The translations under genes and the position numbers were made by a program. Shown here in pieces: positions 57,558 to 64,000 of a DNA stretch of 64,000 bases. Within the stretch, counting starts at the first letter, position 1, and each line of letters opens with the position of its first letter. The DNA comes from Beijerinckiaceae bacterium (GTDB lineage Bacteria; Pseudomonadota; Alphaproteobacteria; Rhizobiales; Beijerinckiaceae). The DNA lies in the NCBI GenBank assembly GCA_044356745.1, contig JBIKVP010000001.1, positions 14,714-78,713 on the forward strand, read 5' to 3'. The notes beneath the pieces are model-generated. The model was not told where the DNA came from. It saw only the letters and a program-made list of their open reading frames with translations, and did no database searches.

Positions 57558-58516
57558 AAGCCCGTATTGCTCTCGCCCATAGCATCAAATGGCTTAATGC
57601 GCTTTTCGGAATGATCCTCGTTATTCCGTTGCGTGTGTTGTTTGGTTTTATCCGTTTACTCGGGATGTATCGCGCAAGCCGATGGGGTGGAGCGATCCTG
57701 CGTCAGGTAGGCCCATGGCTACCAGCGCATCAGACTGCACTTAAAAATATGCGTGCAGCTTTTCCTGATCGATCAGAACACGAGATACAAGCTCTTGTAA
57801 AAGGCGCATGGGACAATCTGGGGCGTACATCCGCTGAATATGCGCATCTCGATCAAATCTTTGATTATGATGATCGCGAATTTGATAATCGCAGATGCCG
57901 CGTTGAAGGCATTGAGCATTTTCTCAGCTTAAGGGATGATGGTAAGCCTGCGATTATTTTCTCAGCACATTTAGGTAACTGGGAACTCCCCGCAATCTGC
58001 GCTGCGCAGTATGGTTTAGAGACAACAGCCGTTTATCGCCCACCCAACACACCCGCTGTTGCACGTCTTGTGGATGAAATGCGTCGCCAAACAATGGGCG
58101 GTTTAGCTGCATCAGGTGCGGGAGCCGCATTTAAACTTCAAGGCGTCCTTGAGCGCAGTGGACATTTAGGAATGTTGATGGATCAACATTTCTCCCGTGG
58201 AGTCGTTGTTGATTTTCTGGGACAAAAGGCAATGGCTAACCCGATTTTAGCAAAATTTGCCCGCCATTTTGAATGTCCTGTTCATGGCGTACGCGTTGTT
58301 CGTGAGGCGGATCTTCATTTCAGATTGGAGCTAACCCCGCCTCTCACTTTGCCACGTGATCATGAAGGACGCATTGATGTGCAAGGCGCAACGCAAATGA
58401 TGACATCGGTCATTGAGACGTGGGTGCGCGAATATCCCGATCAATGGCTCTGGATGCATCGGCGCTGGCGCCCCACTATGGTTGAAGCGGCTTTAAAACG
58501 CCAAAAGAAGCTTTAA
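57554..58516 (+). CDS. lipid A biosynthesis late acyltransferase (LpxL/HtrB family, possibly LpxXL-like)
   Basis: 320 aa. N-terminal TM helix and the catalytic SAHLGNWE (HX4E/D) motif. Coupled to the preceding Zn-ADH, which is the same pairing as adhA2XL-lpxXL in rhizobia. Confidence 0.75.
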   Translation: MKARIALAHSIKWLNALFGMILVIPLRVLFGFIRLLGMYRASRWGGAILRQVGPWLPAHQTALKNMRAAFPDRSEHEIQALVKGAWDNLGRTSAEYAHLDQIFDYDDREFDNRRCRVEGIEHFLSLRDDGKPAIIFSAHLGNWELPAICAAQYGLETTAVYRPPNTPAVARLVDEMRRQTMGGLAASGAGAAFKLQGVLERSGHLGMLMDQHFSRGVVVDFLGQKAMANPILAKFARHFECPVHGVRVVREADLHFRLELTPPLTLPRDHEGRIDVQGATQMMTSVIETWVREYPDQWLWMHRRWRPTMVEAALKRQKKL

Positions 58517-59346
58517 GCCGCTTTATCAACCGACTCCACGCCCTTACGTAGCGAGCGTACAAGCGCATGAACCGCATCAACGGTGCTGGATGTGGCATGC
58601 CCCGCTTCATCAAGCGAGGTGCGCACGGCTTCAACAAGCGCAGAACCAATCACAACCCCATCGGCGCTTTGTGCGATCTGTGCGGCATCTTGAGCTGTTT
58701 TCACGCCAAAGCCAACGACAATCGGCAGCGTTGTATGGCGCTTGATGCGCGCCACAGATGTTGACACAGAACTAAAATCCACATGCCCTGCCCCCGTAAT
58801 CCCCGTGACAGAAACATAATATACAAAACCCGAGGTATTTTTAAGCACTGTTGGCAAGCGCTTGTCATCCGTTGTGGGAGTGGCAAGGCGAATGAAGGAT
58901 AATCCAGCTTGTAGAGCCGGCAAACAGAGCTCACGATCTTCTTCAGGCGGCAGATCGACAACAATTAACCCATCAACACCTGCGGCAAGCGCATCGCTCA
59001 AAAAACGTTCCACACCGTAAATATAAATCGGGTTGTAATATCCCATCAAAATAATCGGTGTTGTGGTGTTTTCACCGCGAAATTCACGCACCATCTGAAG
59101 CGTTTTTTTAAGCGTTTGCCCCGCTTTAAGTGCCCGTTGTCCCGCCCGTTGAATAGCAAGTCCATCCGCCATCGGATCAGTGAACGGCACACCAAGTTCA
59201 ATAATATCTGCTCCCGCTGCCGGCAATCCCTTAAGAAGAGCAAGCGACGTCGCATAGTCAGGATCACCCGCTGTAATAAATGTCACGAGCGCAGCGCGAT
59301 TTTGAGAACGGCAGGCGGTAAATGTGGTGTCAATACGTTGTGTCAT
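58513..59346 (-). CDS. trpA: tryptophan synthase alpha chain
   Basis: ORF 58513..59430. Start set at ATG 59346 (MTQRIDTTF...[12 protein letters not shown]). Motifs [13 protein letters not shown] and GFGV. Confidence 0.92.
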   Translation of the reverse strand: MTQRIDTTFTACRSQNRAALVTFITAGDPDYATSLALLKGLPAAGADIIELGVPFTDPMADGLAIQRAGQRALKAGQTLKKTLQMVREFRGENTTTPIILMGYYNPIYIYGVERFLSDALAAGVDGLIVVDLPPEEDRELCLPALQAGLSFIRLATPTTDDKRLPTVLKNTSGFVYYVSVTGITGAGHVDFSSVSTSVARIKRHTTLPIVVGFGVKTAQDAAQIAQSADGVVIGSALVEAVRTSLDEAGHATSSTVDAVHALVRSLRKGVESVDKAA

Positions 59347-59436
59347 GCGCACCTTATAAACACTGTTTGTGCTGTGAGGCAATGCGTTGTCCACATGCGG
59401 ATCAGCAAGGTGCTTGAAGGATAGATCCAAGCGGTA

Positions 59437-59461
59437 ATGGTGCCGCTTATAGGATTCGAAC
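59437..59461 (-). repeat. duplicated 3' end of tRNA-Thr (25-nt exact direct repeat of 59535-59559)
   Basis: atggtgccgcttataggattcgaac occurs at both 59437-59461 and 59535-59559. It covers the T-loop, the 3' T-stem, the 3' acceptor strand and CCA of the tRNA, plus 1 nt. The upstream part of a tRNA is missing from the first copy. Confidence 0.85.
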
Positions 59462-59535
59462 TTCCATAGGCTTTTGCTTGCAAAAGCCGTCCAACAAAAA
59501 AGACGTAGGTTCGACGGACGAACGGTTATTATCTA

Positions 59536-59611
59536 TGGTGCCGCTTATAGGATTCGAACCTACGACCCCCGCATTACGAATGCGATGCTCTACCAGCTGA
59601 GCTAAAGCGGC
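59536..59611 (-). tRNA. tRNA-Thr (anticodon CGU)
   Basis: Hand-folded 76-nt cloverleaf: gccgctt-ta-gctc-agctggta-gagc-a-tcgca-ttCGTaa-tgcgg-gggtc-gtagg-ttcgaat-cctat-aagcggc-a-cca. CCA is encoded. Confidence 0.92.
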
Positions 59612-59662
59612 TTATGATCAGGCTTTTTCGTCTGCCACAGACCGCCCTCAGACGCAAGGTGA

Positions 59663-61096
59663 TTATTCGGCGTCAATATCAATGGCGCTTTTGCGTGAGA
59701 GCGGTGCATCAGGCGGTGGCGGAAGTGGGACGATCCGCTCATCAATGTCAGCCATCACATCACGGCGCGCATCCTCAGGGCTAAGCAACATCGCGCCATG
59801 ATCTGTAATGAGGTTGGATGCAGGCGGCGTTGTCCAGATCAGCGCATTCAAACGCCCTGAAAGCGGTGAAAACGGCAACCATTCCGGAAAAGTTTGACCA
59901 TCAGCCATCCAGCATGGATCAGGCGGGGCATAGCGCTTTTTATGAGACCACTCGCGAATTTTAGCAATGTGCCCCGTTTCCGCTTCATCTAAACTCATCG
60001 CAAGATCATAAACTCTTGCCGTGGGATAATGCGTAAGAAGCCATGATAAAGACGTGTGCGCTAACGCGAAATGACGCGATTTTAAAGCGGCATGAGCAAA
60101 GGCAAGATGCGCCTCGACGTGTTCGGGCGTGAGTTTTAGCAGCTGATGTGCACGATCAAGACGGTCTTGCACTGTATCATCAAACCGCAAATGAACGTAG
60201 CATTCCGCAATGGCAGGATGAGGCGTACGCTTCCACCCCGCTTCTAAAAGACGCATGGCCTTGCGCCAACTGCGACGTTCACTCAGAAGTTTACCATTGA
60301 GAACAATTGCGGGGATGAGATCAGGATTTGTGCTCACAGCATCTTCAACAAGCGTCAGCGCAGAGTCAGGGGCTTGAGGCGCCAGATAAAGCGCTTCAGC
60401 AGTGAGTAAAGCAGCGCGTCCCTTTTTGAAATCAGTGTTTGAGACTAGCTTTTGTTTATGACGGCGTTCAAGCCACGTGAGTGCTTCACGCCAACGTTGT
60501 TCTAAGCACGCATGATAAAGGCTTGCTTCACTGGCCCAACCAATGCTCGGAGCGTCTTGCGCAGCTTTAGAGGCATAACCAAGCGCTTCACTTAACGCCC
60601 CCCGTCGTTGAGCTTCAACATAAAGGCCGCGCAAACCCAGAAGATGCGTCTCAGGCACATTGACCATATCATGAAATAAGCGTTCTGCTTGAGAGCGATC
60701 ACCCATAATTTGTGCGGTTTGCGCCTGAAGCAATAATGTGAGCGGCGTTGTGCCTAAAAATCGCACCGCTTCTTTCATAGCGCGTTGTGCGGTGGTGACA
60801 TCGCCCGAGCCAATGGCGATTAACCCCTTTGAAAGTGCAACATTGCCGCGCCGCTCATGACGTCGTTGAAAAAAGACAGACCACAGATGAGGCAAGTCAA
60901 GAACGGTGCGAAGCAGTGACCACAGCACACCAAGCAAAACCATCACAAGGATTAAAAACCCAACAAGCACAACAAGGCTTGTTTCAACCCTGTAACCTTG
61001 CCAGTTCAGAGTGATATCGCCAGGAGATGCGCTAAGCCAATGCAGCCCTAACGCAGCTATACCCAACACAATAAGAAAACTTAAAAGACGCAGCAC
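59663..61096 (-). CDS. HemY-like inner-membrane TPR protein (heme biosynthesis-associated)
   Basis: 477 aa. N-terminal HemY_N-type double TM region (MLRLLSFLIVLGIAALGLHWL...ITLNWQGYRVETS) followed by TPR-like helices. Confidence 0.8.
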   Translation of the reverse strand: MLRLLSFLIVLGIAALGLHWLSASPGDITLNWQGYRVETSLVVLVGFLILVMVLLGVLWSLLRTVLDLPHLWSVFFQRRHERRGNVALSKGLIAIGSGDVTTAQRAMKEAVRFLGTTPLTLLLQAQTAQIMGDRSQAERLFHDMVNVPETHLLGLRGLYVEAQRRGALSEALGYASKAAQDAPSIGWASEASLYHACLEQRWREALTWLERRHKQKLVSNTDFKKGRAALLTAEALYLAPQAPDSALTLVEDAVSTNPDLIPAIVLNGKLLSERRSWRKAMRLLEAGWKRTPHPAIAECYVHLRFDDTVQDRLDRAHQLLKLTPEHVEAHLAFAHAALKSRHFALAHTSLSWLLTHYPTARVYDLAMSLDEAETGHIAKIREWSHKKRYAPPDPCWMADGQTFPEWLPFSPLSGRLNALIWTTPPASNLITDHGAMLLSPEDARRDVMADIDERIVPLPPPPDAPLSRKSAIDIDAE

Positions 61097-61099
61097 AGG

Positions 61100-62212
61100 C
61101 TATTGTCCTTTTTTCAAAGCGACAGTGAGAATATCCCGCTGGCGCTGATCAAGCGTTGTGATCAACGTTTCCCGTAAAGTGAGATAGTCGATCATGGATG
61201 TGATTTTTCCATCTTGCAAAAAACGATTGCGTTTATCGTCTGGAAAGCGCCGCCAAAGGGCAAGCGCATCATGAACATGATCACTCACAATCAGATCAAG
61301 AAATTGTTGCTCTAAAGGATCATGCTCAAATTTTTGTGATGCGCTAGCAGGTGTGTTTGCTTGTGTAGAGGCCTCTTGTTTACGCACAGTAATCAAACCA
61401 CCAAGAAATTTTTGAGGCTCATCCAGCGTTGCATTTGATTGAGATGATTGAGGTGTTGATGCAATAGCCGCTTGATCAGGAGCGCGCATTCCTTGCGCAA
61501 AGACTTCAAAAAGCACTGAAAGAGAGACACGGCTTGCTTCATACTGATTAAGATTTGCGAGAAGGGCAGTGTCGGCATTAAGACCATTATGTGAGGCGAC
61601 AAGGGCGATCAAATCATTGACAGACGCCCCACGACGAACATTCATTTCAAGATGCATCAAGAGAAGTGCCTGTTTAAGTTCAAAGAGCATATCAGTCTGC
61701 AATGACGCATCACGTACCGCTGTTTGTGTATCGCTCGACGACTCTTGTGTACGGCGTGAAAGCCCTGCGACACTCTGCTCAAGTGCATTAAGCCGATGAG
61801 TGAGTGGATTTAAATCAGGTTTTTCAGCCACAGGTAAAGGTGCAATCAACCGTGGATGACGCTCAATCACACTTAAGCGTGCACTGACATCATCAAGAAG
61901 TTGCTGGGTTTCAAAGGGAATGCGCGCAGGATAAAGGGTGGGCATCACGATAAAAAATGCACTGACACTGATAACCGCCCCCAAAAAGCCCGCAAGCAAC
62001 ACACTCATCCAAGAGAACCCCCGAGAAAATCCCGTATTTTGTTCTTTTTGAGCATTAAGTGAAGGTTCACCCTGAGTATGCTCTGCTTGATCGGCATCCA
62101 CAGAGGGTTGCGCCATAACGCTATCATTTTCATCGTAAGTCGCTTGCTGCGTTTGGATGAGAGGGTCTGGTGTTTTAGGCGTGCGCGGCATACGTGATTC
62201 CATCAAAAGCAT
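61100..62212 (-). CDS. membrane-anchored coiled-coil protein, candidate alphaproteobacterial Mic60 (mitofilin-like/HemX-position protein)
   Basis: 370 aa. Disordered N-terminus, one TM helix (WMSVLLAGFLGAVISVSAFFIVM), a long helical region and a conserved-looking C-terminal ~70 aa. It lies immediately upstream of the HemY-like gene with a 3-nt gap, which is the arrangement reported for alpha-Mic60. Confidence 0.5.
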   Translation of the reverse strand: MLLMESRMPRTPKTPDPLIQTQQATYDENDSVMAQPSVDADQAEHTQGEPSLNAQKEQNTGFSRGFSWMSVLLAGFLGAVISVSAFFIVMPTLYPARIPFETQQLLDDVSARLSVIERHPRLIAPLPVAEKPDLNPLTHRLNALEQSVAGLSRRTQESSSDTQTAVRDASLQTDMLFELKQALLLMHLEMNVRRGASVNDLIALVASHNGLNADTALLANLNQYEASRVSLSVLFEVFAQGMRAPDQAAIASTPQSSQSNATLDEPQKFLGGLITVRKQEASTQANTPASASQKFEHDPLEQQFLDLIVSDHVHDALALWRRFPDDKRNRFLQDGKITSMIDYLTLRETLITTLDQRQRDILTVALKKGQ

Positions 62213-62310
62213 TTAGAAAATCATCGTGGCGCTTTCATGTGGCTATTTCAAGTTTTACAGCTCTCTATCGCATTTAAAAAGTTTGTGTAAAACATTGCAT
62301 TCGTCTCACC

Positions 62311-63354
62311 ATGTCTTTTAAAAGTCACGTAAAGAAAACTGCCAATGGTGGCTGGAGAAAACGTAACATGTCTTTTATTGATCTGGCGGCGCAAAATCTT
62401 CTCTCACCTATGGTGTTGTTTTTCGTGCTTGGATTGATAGCGGCATTGGGGCGCTCTGATCTGACAATTCCTGAATCGATTGCAAAGCTCCTTGCGCTTT
62501 ATTTGATGATGGCAATTGGTTTTAAAGGCGGTGCGGAAGTTGCGCGCTCTGGGGTTACACCTGCGATGCTCGCACTTATGGCGGTCGGTGGCGCACTCTC
62601 TTTTCTGATTCCTTTTCTCGCGTATGCCATCTTACGGCTTGTTTCGCGCTTGAGTGCGATTGATGCAGCTGCCGTTGCGGCACATTATGGCTCAATCTCA
62701 ATCGTGACATTCATTGCTGCCACAACAACCGTTAAAGCGCTTGGTCTTGATTACGAAGGCTATCTTGTGGCGGTCGCAGCCGTGATGGAAACACCCGCGA
62801 TTTTAGCAGCACTTCTGATTGCGCGAAAATCAAAAGAGTGGGTTTCAGAAGGTGAGAGCGAAGGATTAGGAGCGCTCTTGCGCGAAGTGGGACTTAATGG
62901 CTCAGTCGTCATGCTCGTGGGTTCTTTTTTTATTGGCTGGATCACAGGCCAAAAAGGATTGGCGATGATTGCACCGCTGATTGTTGATCCTTTCCGTGGT
63001 TTTTTATGTCTGTTTTTGCTCGATATGGGACTTATTGCGGGACGAGGAATGCGCGAGGGACGTAAATATCTTTCACCAAGCGTCTTTATGTTTGGATTGA
63101 TCATGCCTTTAATTGGCGCGGGACTGGCAACACTTGCGATTTTACCGCTTGGTGTCAATCAAGGAACAGCGGCAGTCTTTATTACGCTTGCGGCATCAGC
63201 GTCTTATATTGCCGTACCAGCGGCAATGCGTCTTGCTCTTCCGCAAGCGCGCGCATCCATTTATGTGACGCTATCACTTGGCGTAACATTTCCCTTTAAT
63301 CTCGCGTTGGGCATTCCGCTTTATATTGCGATGGCGCAATATCTGTTTCGCTAA
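62311..63354 (+). CDS. SbtA-like sodium-dependent bicarbonate transporter family permease
   Basis: ~10 TM permease. The N-terminus LLSPMVLFFVLGLIAALGRSDLTIPESIAKLLALYLMMAIGFKGG matches my memory of the Sbt_1/DUF897 family. The likely start is ATG 62368 (MSFIDL). Confidence 0.7.
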   Translation: MSFKSHVKKTANGGWRKRNMSFIDLAAQNLLSPMVLFFVLGLIAALGRSDLTIPESIAKLLALYLMMAIGFKGGAEVARSGVTPAMLALMAVGGALSFLIPFLAYAILRLVSRLSAIDAAAVAAHYGSISIVTFIAATTTVKALGLDYEGYLVAVAAVMETPAILAALLIARKSKEWVSEGESEGLGALLREVGLNGSVVMLVGSFFIGWITGQKGLAMIAPLIVDPFRGFLCLFLLDMGLIAGRGMREGRKYLSPSVFMFGLIMPLIGAGLATLAILPLGVNQGTAAVFITLAASASYIAVPAAMRLALPQARASIYVTLSLGVTFPFNLALGIPLYIAMAQYLFR

Positions 63355-63375
63355 TTATTTCTCAAGGAATTTGTC

Positions 63376-63690
63376 ATGGTTGCCATGCATTTAAAAAAAC
63401 GTATCGAAATAGTTGTCGAGGCTCCCGTGCTTCATCGTTTGCTTGATAAGCTCGATAAAGTCGCGGTGACAGGATACACCGTGTTGCCCGCTCTTGCAGG
63501 CCGTGGACGTGAAGGCTCATGGCGCGGCGAAAATCTGGTTGGTGATACTGGTCACATGGTGGTGGTGATGTGTGTCACTAGCCCAGACCGCGTTGATCAG
63601 GTTCTTGAAGCTGCATACGCCATCATTTCACGTCAAATTGGTATCGTCACAGTATCAGATGTGCAGGTTATTCGCGCCGAACATTTTTAA
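63376..63690 (+). CDS. P-II-like signal transduction protein (SbtB-like)
   Basis: 104 aa. The beta-alpha-beta-beta-alpha-beta pattern (KRIEIVVEA...GYTVLPALAGRG...VVVMCVTS...VTVSDVQVIR), with a T-loop-like GRGREGSWRGE, lies 21 nt after the permease gene. Confidence 0.6.
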   Translation: MVAMHLKKRIEIVVEAPVLHRLLDKLDKVAVTGYTVLPALAGRGREGSWRGENLVGDTGHMVVVMCVTSPDRVDQVLEAAYAIISRQIGIVTVSDVQVIRAEHF

Positions 63691-63698
63691 ACACCATA

Positions 63699-64000
63699 TT
63701 ACCCGCATGAATCGGCTTCAATAAGCTTGCCATTCATCCATCCTTCACCTGAAAACGCGTCAAAACCTTTGATATGGCGATCATCCCCCTTCCACCAGCG
63801 CACGTGTTGCCAATCCCCTTTTTTTCCCGATAAAAGCATGATTTCATCGGATGATGTCATGCGTCCTTTGAGGGGCGCGTTCTGATCAGGGGCAGCGCGT
63901 AACGCCACATAACCATCTTTGGTTTTTTTGATTTCACAAAACGATGTCGCATGCGCGTTCTGTGACAATGAAAGCATTGTGATTAAAGCGATGGCAAAAG
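63699..64000 (-). CDS. secreted SH3-like domain protein (5' end beyond window)
   Basis: ORF 63699..63977 stays open upstream to the window edge (...FAIALITMLSLSQNAHA reads as a signal peptide). The mature part, GYVALRAAPDQNAPLKGRMTSSDEIMLL...WQHVRWW, looks like a bacterial SH3 domain. Confidence 0.55.
   Translation of the reverse strand, partial: FAIALITMLSLSQNAHATSFCEIKKTKDGYVALRAAPDQNAPLKGRMTSSDEIMLLSGKKGDWQHVRWWKGDDRHIKGFDAFSGEGWMNGKLIEADSCG

Noticed and set aside
59437-59534. tRNA-like fragment interpreted as part of a two-piece alphaproteobacterial tmRNA, or as a second tRNA gene
   Set aside because: Only the T-loop and 3' acceptor strand are present. There is no matching 5' acceptor strand, no G3:U70 alanine identity and no tag-peptide reading frame nearby. 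It is better explained as a duplicated att-like fragment.

Overview
This 64-kb chromosomal window is most consistent with an alphaproteobacterium. Supporting markers are GcrA, the metX-metW pair, EI-Ntr PtsP, an MbfA-type erythrin-VIT1 protein, a Mic60-like plus HemY-like pair, an Flp pilin, and 'VDxRxKPxHD'-type palindromic repeats. By eye, coding regions are roughly half G+C.

Almost all of the window is tightly packed housekeeping DNA:
- Methionine, aromatic amino acid, histidine, leucine and tryptophan biosynthesis: metXW, chorismate mutase-hisC-tyrC, hisE, leuA, trpA.
- Translation and RNA: rpsO-pnp, ffh, rpsP, trmD, rpsU, RNase D-like, and one tRNA-Thr(CGU).
- DNA repair: uvrC, mutM, Ada-like.
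- Fatty acid and envelope: fabG-acpP-fabF-mltG, mscL, aqpZ, and an LpxL-family acyltransferase.
- Sugar nucleotides: dTDP-rhamnose genes rfbA, rfbC, rfbB and rfbD, plus a Wbp/Wlb-like UDP-diacetamido-glucuronate set.
- Also flhA, gcrA, and an SbtA-like permease with a P-II-like gene.

I found no rRNA, CRISPR array, transposase, integrase or prophage genes.

The least ordinary parts are:
1. Two abrupt AT-rich insertions that carry unrecognisable genes. One is a single membrane-anchored 236-aa ORF at 22552-23262, wedged into the ffh-rpsP cluster. The other is a self-contained two-gene cassette at about 26900-28057.
2. A family of composite hairpin (REP/MITE-like) repeats that sits at each break in the expected ffh-rpsP-rimM-trmD-rplS synteny.
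3. A VapBC-like module splitting the rhamnose genes, whose PIN domain has Cys in place of the first catalytic Asp.
4. A peptide-deformylase paralog that has lost two metal ligands and is translationally coupled to uvrC.
5. A 25-nt duplication of the tRNA-Thr 3' end next to an orphan trpA.
6. An Flp pilin gene missed by the ORF track.
7. A 566-bp structured non-coding tract that ends in a strong terminator.

All functional calls rest on motif recognition by eye. No database search was possible.
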